From contig CAZAXD010000005.1 of NCBI GenBank assembly GCA_964489015.1, positions 13,521 through 77,520 of the forward strand: DNA of 64,000 nucleotides, given 5' to 3'. Every line of letters begins with the position of its first letter. Position 1 is the first letter of the stretch. The notes under the pieces were generated by a model. It saw nothing but the letters and a program-made list of their open reading frames with translations. It was not told the DNA's origin and ran no database searches. This DNA comes from an uncultured Sphingobacterium sp. (lineage in GTDB: Bacteria > Bacteroidota > Bacteroidia > SpSt-205). Of the stretch, positions 10,455-20,167 are shown one piece after another. Both the position numbers and the translations under genes were made by a program.

Positions 10455-10670
10455 CGTAGAGTTCCTTTAGATGCAGTGATAAGCCGACCCACGAACTGGA
10501 TGCTCTTATAGAAGTTTAGAGGGGGTAGCAGTCTTTTGTGCTGAGATCTGTCGTTATAGCTATCGGTAGCCTTTCTGTTAGGCGAATATCTGCCAGCTCT
10601 GGATAAAGTCGGACCTTAACTCAGTGGGGGGCACTTTTGCTGGTCTTTGAAGTATAGGGTCGGGACTTAA

Positions 10671-12971
10671 CTACCACGATATCGTCACGCCTAGCATCGG
10701 TAAGATTGGCAGCTGATTATAGCGGCGGGCGGTGATGCGGTCGATGTAAAAGACGTTAGGCCGGTTGTAGACATTCAAAATCGAGGCCTGAAGCTCGAGC
10801 AGAGCGCGCCCCGTCAAGGTTACGCGGTACTTTAGCAGGAGATCCAAGCGGTGGTAAGCCGGGAGGTGGGCGGCGTTGTAGTTGGGGCTCAGGAGGATAG
10901 CTAAAGTGCCTTGCATGGTAGGATAGGGCGCCTGGGAACCTTGCTGAAAGAAGAGCAGCTTCTCAAAAAAGCCCAAGGTCTGAGTAAAAGGGAGGCCTGT
11001 GCCTAGGGTCCAGCGCAGCGAGGCTTCCCAGCGGCGCTCACGGCCACGAGGCACGCTTAGCACAGGGCCCCAGCTGTGACTGGTGACGAAATTGACCGTG
11101 TGACGGCGATCCCATAGAGGGAAATACGTTTGCCGAAAGTCCGTTCGGCGGTTGTACTGATAGCTGTAGGTGGCATAAATGTTGGTTTGGGGGCTTTGGT
11201 AGCGGAGGGTAGCATCCGCGCCGTAGGCGTAGCCTATCTCGGTGATGAAAGCCGGATCCTCGGGAAAGAGTCGCTCTCGGTTGACGTTAGTGAGTTGAAA
11301 GAAGCGCTTATACCAGCCTTCTAGGCTTAGGAGGAGTGCAGATCCGAGTTGGTATTCCCCACCTATGAGGGCGTGGTAGGCTTCTTGGAGGGGGTGCTGC
11401 AACTGCTGGTTAGCTGCAAGCTCTGGCGCCGTGAGAAAGCCTTGAAAGAGAATAACAATATCCCGGTCAGACACCGCGGCGACCCAGTTTTGGACATAGC
11501 GACCCGCTGCGGCTTGCAAGCTCCAGCGATCGGCGTTGTATTTGGCTCTTAAACGCGGCTCGATTGAGAAATAGCCGTAAGTATTGTAAAAGTGAAGCCG
11601 GAGGCTAGGCTCGATGAGGGCTTTTGTGCGGAAGGAAGGGTTGCCTTCCTCATCGAGGCTTTCTCGGCGAAAGACTTTCAGATAGCGAAAATAGCCGGCG
11701 CCTTCGGTATTGCTCTGGCGCTGCTGGGTGATGAAACCCAGGGCATTCGTGAAGAGAAAGTCCGTACTGAAGCCCCGTACTTCAATGCCATAGGCTAGCT
11801 CATTGGCCCCATAGAGGTACGAAAACGTAAAGCCGCCGTTGAAGCCGCCGATCTCGCTGTAACGAGGCCGTACTTCTTGCGGCACGGAAAAGGAGTTTTG
11901 GAAGCGGGAATAAGCAATGCTGCCCGTGATACGCACCCGGGTCCCTTGTGGAAGATTCGTAAAAGCTCCACCCACCCCCCACTGCTGCCAAGTATTGAGC
12001 CCCTGGGCGCCAAGGTCGACCCGATCGGTCTGCCGAAAGCCAAAAAGATTAAGCTGATCAGGCCCCCGGCCGAAAGTGATCTTGCCGTAAACATCCTGAA
12101 ATTGAAACGGCAGGGAGTCCTTGACATAGGGGTATAGGCGTGGGGTGCTTTGCTGGATATAACCCTGGCGCGCGCTCAGGATCCAGGAGCTATTGCGTAC
12201 GAAAGGGTTCGGTCCCTCTAATAGAGCCTGGCCTACAAAAGGGGTTACATACGCGCGCCCGCTAAATCGGTCAAAATTGCCGGGACGGGTGCGAATATCC
12301 ATAACCGAGGAGAGGCGGCCACCGTATCCGGCGCCGAAGCCTGCTGAGTAGAGATTGACCTGCCGAATGATATCGGTCTCAAACACGCTAAAAAGAGATA
12401 GTGTGTGAAAGGGGCTGTAAATGATAGCCCCGTCGAGGAGGGTAAGGTTTTGGATCGGAGTGCCGCCCCGAATATAAAGCTGCCCACCTTGGTCTCCCGT
12501 AAAGACCACCCCCGGCAAAACCTGCAAGTACTGAGCGATGTCAGGCACGCCGAAGCTCGGAAGCAGATACACCTGCCGAGGAGCAATCGGCGTCACGGCA
12601 ATGGTAACCCGAGATGGATCAATGCGGGCTGGGGCTAAGGCCTCGGTGATCTCAACGGATTGCAGTTCTATAGCCCGGGAAGCGGCTTGCAGTTTGAGGG
12701 TGATGACAGGACGACGACCATCTAGTACGACCTCTTGCCGAATCGTGTCTATGCCTATAGCACTGACCTGGAGCGTATAAGTCCCCGGCTTGATGTTATC
12801 AAGCGAAAAGAGGCCTTCGGCGTTTGTTAAGGTTCCCTTCCGTATCGGTAATAGCAAAACGGTTCCCCCTACGACCGGCTCCCCGTCTTCATCTAAAACT
12901 GAACCGCGGATGGTTACCTGTGCCCATCCGGCCAGAAGCCAAGCCGCCAACACGACTACAGACTTTCGCAT
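10671..12971 (-). CDS. TonB-dependent outer-membrane receptor (CarbopepD_reg + plug + barrel)
   Basis: The start is set at the ATG at 12971 (MRKSVVVLAAWLLAGWAQV signal peptide). A carboxypeptidase-regulatory-like domain is present (VTIRGSVLDEDGEPVVGGTVLL). Plug region and barrel are present. The barrel ends in an aromatic residue (...TISW). 766 aa. Confidence 0.8.
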   Translation of the reverse strand: MRKSVVVLAAWLLAGWAQVTIRGSVLDEDGEPVVGGTVLLLPIRKGTLTNAEGLFSLDNIKPGTYTLQVSAIGIDTIRQEVVLDGRRPVITLKLQAASRAIELQSVEITEALAPARIDPSRVTIAVTPIAPRQVYLLPSFGVPDIAQYLQVLPGVVFTGDQGGQLYIRGGTPIQNLTLLDGAIIYSPFHTLSLFSVFETDIIRQVNLYSAGFGAGYGGRLSSVMDIRTRPGNFDRFSGRAYVTPFVGQALLEGPNPFVRNSSWILSARQGYIQQSTPRLYPYVKDSLPFQFQDVYGKITFGRGPDQLNLFGFRQTDRVDLGAQGLNTWQQWGVGGAFTNLPQGTRVRITGSIAYSRFQNSFSVPQEVRPRYSEIGGFNGGFTFSYLYGANELAYGIEVRGFSTDFLFTNALGFITQQRQSNTEGAGYFRYLKVFRRESLDEEGNPSFRTKALIEPSLRLHFYNTYGYFSIEPRLRAKYNADRWSLQAAAGRYVQNWVAAVSDRDIVILFQGFLTAPELAANQQLQHPLQEAYHALIGGEYQLGSALLLSLEGWYKRFFQLTNVNRERLFPEDPAFITEIGYAYGADATLRYQSPQTNIYATYSYQYNRRTDFRQTYFPLWDRRHTVNFVTSHSWGPVLSVPRGRERRWEASLRWTLGTGLPFTQTLGFFEKLLFFQQGSQAPYPTMQGTLAILLSPNYNAAHLPAYHRLDLLLKYRVTLTGRALLELQASILNVYNRPNVFYIDRITARRYNQLPILPMLGVTISW

Positions 12972-13065
12972 ACCGCAAGGTACAAAGCCCCGACCGAATG
13001 ACCCTCCCATCCTATGTAAGCTTCCTAAGTGGAACTTACCCGACTTTATTTTTGTTTTTATCCTC

Positions 13066-13479
13066 ATGATACGCAACAATGTTGCAATACTCTCCCTCCT
13101 AATTTGGGGAGGTGTAGCCTGTAGCCAGCAGGCGGGTAAAGCGCCGAGCGAAGCAAGTACTACCATGGAAGCGATTCGCCTAAGTGCCCAGGAGGCTTAT
13201 GCAAAGTGGAAAGCTAGTCCCGATGAGATCGTGATTTTGGATGTGCGAACGTTTGAGGAGTACCAAAGCGGGCACATCCAAGGCGCCCAACATTTAGATT
13301 TTTATGCGAATTTTGAGGAGGCCGTGCAGAGACTTCCGAAGGACAAGACCTATTTTTTACATTGCGTCTCGGGTCGACGCAGTGGCCTAGGCACGGAGAT
13401 TATGCGCAAGTATGGGTTTCGCGCCTATAACATTGGTGGTTTTGCGGAGGTAGCCCGTGCCGGCTTTCCTACAGAGTGA
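13066..13479 (+). CDS. Rhodanese-domain sulfurtransferase, predicted lipoprotein
   Basis: The start is moved to the ATG at 13066 (MIRNNVAILSLLIWGGVACSQQ lipobox). Rhodanese fold with an active-site Cys loop CVSGRRS. The upstream 92 codons of the listed ORF overlap the TonB receptor gene and are rejected. Confidence 0.7.
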   Translation: MIRNNVAILSLLIWGGVACSQQAGKAPSEASTTMEAIRLSAQEAYAKWKASPDEIVILDVRTFEEYQSGHIQGAQHLDFYANFEEAVQRLPKDKTYFLHCVSGRRSGLGTEIMRKYGFRAYNIGGFAEVARAGFPTE

Positions 13480-13501
13480 AAAACCTAAACCTAGATAGCC
13501 T

Positions 13502-13816
13502 ATGCGTATCACAGCGACAGAAGCTTTGGAGAAACATCGGGCTCAGCCCGATAAGGTCGTCCTTTTGGACGTGCGAACGCCAGCGGAGTATAGGAGCTTG
13601 CGAATCTCTAGCTCTCAAAATGCAGACTTCTACAATGGCTTTGACCGGCAAGTCCAGAAGCTGGACAAAAGCAAAACGTACATTCTGTACTGCGCTTCGG
13701 GGGGACGCAGTCAAGCTGCCATGGGGCTCATGAAAAGCCTCGGCTTCTCAGAGGTCTACAATGCGGGGGGTATTGGTGAGCTGATTCAGGCTGGCTTTCC
13801 TTATGAACGAGACTAA
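13502..13816 (+). CDS. Single-domain rhodanese sulfurtransferase
   Basis: The 104-aa protein has VVLLDVRTPAEY and the active-site loop CASGGRS. Confidence 0.75.
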   Translation: MRITATEALEKHRAQPDKVVLLDVRTPAEYRSLRISSSQNADFYNGFDRQVQKLDKSKTYILYCASGGRSQAAMGLMKSLGFSEVYNAGGIGELIQAGFPYERD

Positions 13817-13830
13817 GCCTATCCATTCAA

Positions 13831-15204
13831 ATGCTAACAAGTATGCTAGTCAAACAGTTTCTGGATGAGCCTTTGGCTCAATATGGATACGCCATCGTGA
13901 GTAATGGTGAAATGGCCGTTATCGATCCGGGTCGTAATAGCCAGCCTTACTTTGAGTTGGCGGAGTCCCTTAGAGCTAAGATTGTGGCTTCGCTTCTGAC
14001 GCATCCCCATGCTGACTTTGTAAGCAGTTACTACGAAATAGCGCAAAAGACCGGCGCGACCATCTATGCTAGTGAGCTGATGGGACTATCCGTCCTTCAC
14101 AAAGGGCTAAAAGATGGAGATGAGATTCAGATCGGGCTGGCTAAGCTCAAGGCTTTCCTAACTCCAGGTCACTCGCCGGACAGCATGACGTATGTGCTGT
14201 ATGATGAAGAGGGCCGAGAGTATGCCGCTTTTACGGGGGACTGGCTTTTCATCGGTGATGTGGGTCGGGCCGATTTACGCTCCAAGGCCGGCAACATCAA
14301 AAAGCAGCGCGAAGATCAAGCTCGAGACATGTATCACAGCCTGCGACGCATGTTTGCCATCCTGCGGCCGCAGACGCTCGTCTATCCGGCCCATGGCGCC
14401 GGCACCTTGTGCGGTAAAGCCCTCAAGTCTTTCAATGCGAGTACCATCGGCGCGGAGCGGCTGGATAATTGGGCCGTGATCCTAGCGCATACCCCCGATG
14501 AAGCGACCTTCGTCGAAGCGCTCGTGACTGGGCAACCGCACATCCCAAAGTACTTCCCTAATAGCGTGGAGGTCAATCGTCAAGGGCCAATCGGCTATAA
14601 GGAGGCCTTAGCGGCGATCCAAAACGGTGGCGTGCTCACCGCAGAAGCGGCCGCTAAGCTAGACCGACAAGCGCTCATTATCGACGCGCGTCCTGCTGCC
14701 CTTTTCCGCAAAGGTCACCTCAAGGGTGCTATCAACATCCCGCTTGGAAAAAGCTTTAATACCTGGCTGGGGACTATCGTAGACCCTAAGGAGCCGTACT
14801 ACCTCATCGTTTCGAGCGAGATAGCCCGGAAAAACGCTTTAGACCAGGTACTGTCCATCGGTTATGAGCAGAATCTACGAGGGGTGTACCTGGCGTCTGA
14901 ATATAGTGAAGAAACGGGCCCCGAGGTCTTTCCGAATGTGGACCTTCTCCGTCATGACGGCAAAGCCTACACGGTGGTTGACGTGCGGGACCCTGAAGAG
15001 GTGAGTACCAAACCGGGCATAGCCCATAGCCTCAAGATTCGGCTAGCAGACCTTCGCGAGTCGCTGCAGACCATCCCCGATGATCGCCCTGTGGTGGTCC
15101 ACTGTGCAGGCGGCTATCGCTCGGCCGTAGGAAGTAGTATCCTCTTAGCTGCCGAGAAAAGGCCCGTTTACGACGTAGGCGAAGCGATCACGCAGATTTT
15201 GTAA
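13831..15204 (+). CDS. MBL-fold persulfide-dioxygenase-like domain fused to two rhodanese domains (CstB-like)
   Basis: The metallo-beta-lactamase HxHxDH motif is present (LLTHPHADF). Two downstream rhodanese modules follow, the last with the active-site Cys (VVHCAGGYRSA). This architecture matches the S. aureus CstB persulfide dioxygenase-sulfurtransferase. Confidence 0.7.
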   Translation: MLTSMLVKQFLDEPLAQYGYAIVSNGEMAVIDPGRNSQPYFELAESLRAKIVASLLTHPHADFVSSYYEIAQKTGATIYASELMGLSVLHKGLKDGDEIQIGLAKLKAFLTPGHSPDSMTYVLYDEEGREYAAFTGDWLFIGDVGRADLRSKAGNIKKQREDQARDMYHSLRRMFAILRPQTLVYPAHGAGTLCGKALKSFNASTIGAERLDNWAVILAHTPDEATFVEALVTGQPHIPKYFPNSVEVNRQGPIGYKEALAAIQNGGVLTAEAAAKLDRQALIIDARPAALFRKGHLKGAINIPLGKSFNTWLGTIVDPKEPYYLIVSSEIARKNALDQVLSIGYEQNLRGVYLASEYSEETGPEVFPNVDLLRHDGKAYTVVDVRDPEEVSTKPGIAHSLKIRLADLRESLQTIPDDRPVVVHCAGGYRSAVGSSILLAAEKRPVYDVGEAITQIL

Positions 15205-16273
15205 GCGCCGGCTGCGGTTTGCTGATAGGTCGACTAGACCAGGGCGCTGGCACAAGCCAGCGCTTCTTTTTTTGTTTCCACCACAAACGAAAGGCGTCCC
15301 ATAGGCCCCAGCGTTCCCGAACGTATTTCCACGTGCTAGGCAACGATAGCCAGAAATAGTGCGATACCTCCCACCCAAAGCTCGGCTCGAAATAGCAGTT
15401 TATCGTACACCCTGTACAGAAGGAAAAGCGCCCCTCTAGCTGCCGAAGATGCCTGGCAGGCGCGCTGTGCCATACGTCATATAGTTTGCCAGCGATAGGC
15501 AGCGCATAACCGGCTTCGGCAGCATGATAACACGGAAAGAGTAGCTCGTTGAAGGGGGAAATAACGACGACGGCGGAGCTCGCCCGGCAGTAGGGGTCTT
15601 GCGGATCGTTGCCCCCCGCCTCCCGAAGCGCTAAGAAGGCTTCATTTACATAAACGTGGGGCTCTTTGGCCCATGCACGCAGGGCCTGCAAAGTACTCGG
15701 CGCTAAATCGCCGCCTATCCCTCGGTAAGAGAAGAGCGGATTAAGAATAAGGGTAAGACCCGTTGGTCGAATGAAGCGATCGTATACCGCAGCGATATGT
15801 TGCCAGTTTTCATTCGTCACGGTAAAAAGAATATCCGGCCGTTCGCCTATTTCAAGCGCTATCTGGATACTCTTTTCTACGAAGGCAAAGCAGGGTACAC
15901 CGCCCCGCATCGCATCGTGCGTTTGAGCCTCGGCCGCGTCCAGGGAGAAGTGTAGCAGGTCGACCTTGCCCCGCAGCTCATGGGCGCGCTTCGGGTATAA
16001 AAGGGCATTGGTCGTCACGGTGGTTAGAAACCCGAGATCCTGAGCCATCGCTAGAAATCGAGGTAAGTCCCGATGTAAAAGCGGCTCTCCGCCTGTAAAG
16101 TCGATGATTTGAACGCCTAATCGGTGCAGATCGCGCAAATTTTGGTAGACATCGGCAAGACTGACGTAAGGCGAGGGCTTTTCCCAAATGTCACAAAAGT
16201 GACAGGCGGCATTGCAGCGGTAGGTAAGGTAATAGTTACATAAGACAGGATGACTAAAGAGAGACCAGCGCAT
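15188..16273 (-). CDS. Radical SAM domain protein (possible SPASM-type C-terminus)
   Basis: The CX3CX2C cluster is present (YRCNAACHFC). The C-terminus is Cys-rich (FCTGCTINCY). The start is chosen at MRWSLF and is uncertain. The ORF could extend to 16348. Confidence 0.55.
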   Translation of the reverse strand: MRWSLFSHPVLCNYYLTYRCNAACHFCDIWEKPSPYVSLADVYQNLRDLHRLGVQIIDFTGGEPLLHRDLPRFLAMAQDLGFLTTVTTNALLYPKRAHELRGKVDLLHFSLDAAEAQTHDAMRGGVPCFAFVEKSIQIALEIGERPDILFTVTNENWQHIAAVYDRFIRPTGLTLILNPLFSYRGIGGDLAPSTLQALRAWAKEPHVYVNEAFLALREAGGNDPQDPYCRASSAVVVISPFNELLFPCYHAAEAGYALPIAGKLYDVWHSAPARHLRQLEGRFSFCTGCTINCYFEPSFGWEVSHYFWLSLPSTWKYVRERWGLWDAFRLWWKQKKKRWLVPAPWSSRPISKPQPALTKSA

Positions 16274-16550
16274 CTCGAAGGGTAAACGCTTGAGGAGGCT
16301 CAATGAAATGCGGACGTAATTCTGCCCAAAACGTGCGAAAAAGCTCACTGTTTCGATAGGTTTCGAGGGCTTCTAAGGAGGCCCATCGACTAATCGAGTA
16401 AAAAACGCCGCTCCTTTCGCTATCCAGATGCAAAGCTAATCCCTCGCAACCTGCAAACGCCCGAACCTTAGGGGCCTGGGCTAAGAGCTTCTGGGCGATG
16501 GGCTCCCGCAGATCGGGCGGAAAGACCATGCGGACGATTCTCACGATCAT
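16254..16550 (-). CDS. ABM (antibiotic-biosynthesis-monooxygenase/Dabb)-like small protein
   Basis: The 98-aa protein has a beta-alpha-beta ferredoxin-like pattern (VRMVF...FYSISRWASLEALETY) typical of ABM domains. The assignment is weak and by recall. Confidence 0.35.
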   Translation of the reverse strand: MIVRIVRMVFPPDLREPIAQKLLAQAPKVRAFAGCEGLALHLDSERSGVFYSISRWASLEALETYRNSELFRTFWAELRPHFIEPPQAFTLRDALVSL

Positions 16551-17224
16551 GGTAAGCGCCAGTCAATAGGCTCAAGGTCGTATCTCTCTAGGAAGGCATT
16601 GACTTGGGAGAACGGCCGGGACCCAAAGAATCCCTTATCGGCGGAGTAGGAGGAGGGATGAGCGGCTTCGAGGACGAGGTGACGAGTCGTATCAATGAGG
16701 GCGCGCTTAGAGCGGGCATAGCTTCCCCACAGCAGAAAGGCTACATGCGCCTGGGTCTGGGAGATAATGCGGATCACACGATCCGTAAACGTCTCCCAGC
16801 CTTTATTGCGATGAGAGGCAGGCTGATGAGCCTCAACGGTGAGGATGGCATTGAGTAAAAAGACCCCTTGCTTGGCCCAGGGGGTAAGGTCGCCAGTGGT
16901 CGGCATCGGGAGGCCAAGGTCAGCAACGAGTTCTTTGAAGATATTCTGCAGCGAAGGCGGCGGCGGTACCCCGGGCGGTACCGAAAAGCATAACCCATGC
17001 GCCTGCCCAGGGCCGTGATACGGATCTTGGCCCAAGATTACGACCCGGACCTGCGGAAGGGGACACAACTCAAAAGCTCGAAATATCTGAGGGCCCGGTG
17101 GATAGATGACCTTGCCTTTGCGCTTCTCATCCTTGATGAAGGCGACAAGCGCTTGAAAGTACGGCTTCTCAAACTCCTCGGCCAGAGCCACCTTCCAGGA
17201 GGGTTCAATAGCTACTTCGGCCAC
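16547..17224 (-). CDS. ung: Uracil-DNA glycosylase (family 1)
   Basis: The catalytic water-activating loop GQDPYHGPGQAHGLCFSV is present. The HPSS leucine-intercalation region is present (AAHPSSYSADKGFFG). It aligns along the full length with E. coli Ung. The start is moved to the GTG at about 17224 to avoid overlapping the upstream TonB receptor. Confidence 0.8.
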   Translation of the reverse strand: MAEVAIEPSWKVALAEEFEKPYFQALVAFIKDEKRKGKVIYPPGPQIFRAFELCPLPQVRVVILGQDPYHGPGQAHGLCFSVPPGVPPPPSLQNIFKELVADLGLPMPTTGDLTPWAKQGVFLLNAILTVEAHQPASHRNKGWETFTDRVIRIISQTQAHVAFLLWGSYARSKRALIDTTRHLVLEAAHPSSYSADKGFFGSRPFSQVNAFLERYDLEPIDWRLP

Positions 17225-17259
17225 CAAGCAAAGATAGGCCTTCTCCAGGCAATAACCGC

Positions 17260-19611
17260 CTACTGGAAGGAGAAATTGTACGTGATGGCCGGTACCCAAC
17301 GGAAAAGGTAAAGGTTATAAGCCCGCTGAAGGTTGGGGTTATTCTCGTCTTGCCGGAGGCGAAGCGCCCACATATTCCGACGGCCGTACACATTGTATAG
17401 TGAGAAGTTCCAGCTAGAAGTCCAACGGCGTCCCTCTTTTTTAGGCGCGGTCCAGGTGATCGAGATATCAACCCGATGATAATCGGGCATGCGGCGGCTA
17501 TTGCGGTCGTTGTAAACGGCTACCGTCTGGCCATCATACTCGTACTTGGCTACGGGAATGGTAATAGGGCGTCCTGTGGCGTAGATACCCGTGAGGCCAA
17601 TATCCCACTGGGAGGAGAGCGGATACTGTAAAACGAGCGTAGCACTGTGTGGACGGTCTACGTAGTTGGGAAAGGGATTGGCTGCAATTTGCGGGATATA
17701 ACGAAAGCTCCGGCTATACGTATAACTAAGCCAGCCGGTGAGCTTGCCGGTGCGCTTCTGGATCATCCACTCCGAACCATAAGCCCAGCCACGGCCTTGG
17801 ACGAGGTCCCGTTCTAAGAGAGGATTCAAGAAGATATCTGCGCCGGAGCGAAAATCTAGAAGGTTTTCCATCCAGCGGTAAAAGAGCTCCCAGCTTATAT
17901 CCCAAGCGTGATTTTTCCATCGGGGTATGCCCTGCAGTGCTAAGGCGACTTGGTAACCATCTTGGCGCCGGACATTCCGAGTGGTGGGCCACCAGATGTC
18001 CGTAGGCAAACCCACGGGAGAAAATGTAGCCACGTGCAGAAACTGCTGTATGCGGCCAAAGGCAGCCTTGAGCGCCCAAGCGTCAGATAGGCCGTAACGC
18101 ACGCTCAGCCGTGGCTCAAGTCCCCCGCTGAACGTCGCCGGTTCCCAGTTGCCATAGCGAAGGGTATCTTGCACCTCGCGGTTGGGAGAGAAGGTATACA
18201 GGTTGGCTGGCCCGAATAACCCAAACCCCGCATAACGGAGACCGCCTTCTACTAGCCACCGAACTGAAGCGCGCCAGCTTGCTTGCAAGTACAGGCTGCC
18301 TTCTAAGCCGCGTAGGGTCGGCACGCTGTAGGGCCGCACATTGGATGAGTCGGAAGTCGGCTCCAACCGTCCAGGTAAGAAGCGGTGATGCGTGAGGCCC
18401 GCTCCCCACCGCAGGCGTATTTTTTCGGACATAAAGTAGTCCATGTCCGTACGCCAGCTTAGATCCTCGATCCCGGCGCCGTATTTGGCCTGGTTATTGC
18501 CCTGCTCGACGAGAAAAGCGTAGTCGTATTTCGCATAGGCTAATACCGTATTCGCAAAGAGACGCTGCGAAAGGATCCAGTTCCATCGGAGCGTCGTCGT
18601 CGCATTTCCCCAGTTGAAGTCTAAAAAGTCGCCACTCTTAAAGGCGTCCCGGCCCAAGTAACCCGATACGAAAAGACGATGCTTGTCTGATACGTTGAGA
18701 TTGATCTTGGCTGTGAGGTCGTAAAAGTAAAGGGCCGAGCTTCGTAGCCCGGGGTCCCGAGCCAGTAGCAGAAACAAATCAGCATAGCTACGGCGGGCCG
18801 TAATGAGGACGCCTGCCCGATCTTTCAAAAGCGGCCCTTCTAGACATAGTCGGGAGGAAATGAGACCGATTCCACCGCTGGCCCGCCAAGAAGGCGCACT
18901 GCCTTCGCGCAGCCGCACGTCTAGCGCACTAGAAAGGCGCCCCCCATATTCTGGAGGCATGTAGCCCTTATACAGTCGCGCATCTTGGAGAGCGTCTGCG
19001 TTGAAAGCAGAGAAGATTCCCCCAATATGGCCGGGATTGTAAACGATCGCCTCGTCGAGCAAAACTAGATTTTGGTCAAAGCTACCCCCTCGCACGAAAA
19101 AGCTGCTGCTGCCATCACCTGCGGTCGTGACGCCTGGCAAAAAGCTAAGAGATCGTAGTACATCGACCTCTCCAAAAAAAGCAGGAAGCTTACGTAGCTG
19201 CTGAACCTCTAAGCGGTTTTCGCTCATGGCCCCTGTCTCAAAGCGGCGCTGTTCATAGGTTTCTACGATCTCGACGGTGCCGAGCATCACCCCTTCCTCT
19301 GAGAGGGCAAAGTCATGCTGGAGGTTTTTATTTAGGGTGAGGCGTAGGGTATCGGATTGGTACCCTACAAAAGCCGCCACTACGGTGTAGGTACCGGCGG
19401 GCAGCTTGATAGCGTAGTAACCGTAAGCATTGGTAAGGGTACCTGTGCCGCGCTCAACGATAAGTACACGAGCTCCCGCTAGCGCCTCGCGATTGGCGGC
19501 GTCGCGTATGTACCCGCTGAGCGTGTAACTCGGCGTTTGGGCTTGAGCTATCAGTAAAAAGGCAATTAGGCCCAACCGGGGCCCTAGCATGGAAATCGCG
19601 GCGTTAGGCAT
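17260..19611 (-). CDS. TonB-dependent outer-membrane receptor (CarbopepD_reg + plug + barrel)
   Basis: The start is at the ATG at 19611 (MPNAAISMLGPRLGLIAFLLIAQAQ). The N-terminal CarbopepD_reg-like domain is present (YTLSGYIRDAANREALAGARVLIVERGTGTLTNAYGYYAIKLPAGTY). Plug region and barrel are present. 783 aa. Confidence 0.8.
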   Translation of the reverse strand: MPNAAISMLGPRLGLIAFLLIAQAQTPSYTLSGYIRDAANREALAGARVLIVERGTGTLTNAYGYYAIKLPAGTYTVVAAFVGYQSDTLRLTLNKNLQHDFALSEEGVMLGTVEIVETYEQRRFETGAMSENRLEVQQLRKLPAFFGEVDVLRSLSFLPGVTTAGDGSSSFFVRGGSFDQNLVLLDEAIVYNPGHIGGIFSAFNADALQDARLYKGYMPPEYGGRLSSALDVRLREGSAPSWRASGGIGLISSRLCLEGPLLKDRAGVLITARRSYADLFLLLARDPGLRSSALYFYDLTAKINLNVSDKHRLFVSGYLGRDAFKSGDFLDFNWGNATTTLRWNWILSQRLFANTVLAYAKYDYAFLVEQGNNQAKYGAGIEDLSWRTDMDYFMSEKIRLRWGAGLTHHRFLPGRLEPTSDSSNVRPYSVPTLRGLEGSLYLQASWRASVRWLVEGGLRYAGFGLFGPANLYTFSPNREVQDTLRYGNWEPATFSGGLEPRLSVRYGLSDAWALKAAFGRIQQFLHVATFSPVGLPTDIWWPTTRNVRRQDGYQVALALQGIPRWKNHAWDISWELFYRWMENLLDFRSGADIFLNPLLERDLVQGRGWAYGSEWMIQKRTGKLTGWLSYTYSRSFRYIPQIAANPFPNYVDRPHSATLVLQYPLSSQWDIGLTGIYATGRPITIPVAKYEYDGQTVAVYNDRNSRRMPDYHRVDISITWTAPKKEGRRWTSSWNFSLYNVYGRRNMWALRLRQDENNPNLQRAYNLYLFRWVPAITYNFSFQ

Positions 19612-19960
19612 AATGCTGGGTAAAGAGAAATCTCTGACGCAAAACAAAATTACATCCTCTTTGTATTTCGCCTCATAATCCTACGAAAAACGTATCTTTG
19701 TACCAGATGTCTCGCTACGTATCTTTTCTGCTGCCCTGCAGAGCGGTCGAGCTAGTGGGGTTTAGCGCGCTTTGCGGTAGGCGTATCTCTGAGGTGCCCC
19801 CTCCTATTCACCTAAAGAGGATCTTTGGTCCTGCTAATGGCCTTGTTGCGTTCTGGAACCTCATAGCGGATGGGGTCTGGCCCTCTTACAGAAACCCCTT
19901 AGAAGGGTCAAAGACCCCGCTTGTGCACGCTTCCACTGCTAATCCATATTTTGAGCGTTT

Positions 19961-20164
19961 ATGAGATGGATCAGTCTAGTTTCTTTAGTGGTAGCTTTGA
20001 CAGGGTGCGGCCTGTTTCGGGATCCACGAGCCAACTGCAATCATCCTAAGCACGAGGCTTACCTACGAGAGCAGCAGGCTTCTCGCTTAGCAAAGCAGAC
20101 CCGCTCCCAAAAGAAGCCCGCTAAATATTCTCGTAAAGCGCCTAAAAGCTGTCCTAATCCGTAG
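19961..20164 (+). CDS. Small basic lipoprotein (hypothetical)
   Basis: The signal peptide has lipobox LTGC. The rest is a lysine-rich 67-aa product. This is a low-confidence gene. Confidence 0.3.
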   Translation: MRWISLVSLVVALTGCGLFRDPRANCNHPKHEAYLREQQASRLAKQTRSQKKPAKYSRKAPKSCPNP

Positions 20165-20167
20165 GTC

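Noticed and set aside
12790-13065. First 92 codons of the rhodanese ORF
   Set aside because: They overlap the TonB-receptor gene on the opposite strand and have an unstructured Pro/Ser/Thr composition. An ATG with a textbook lipoprotein signal peptide follows at 13066.
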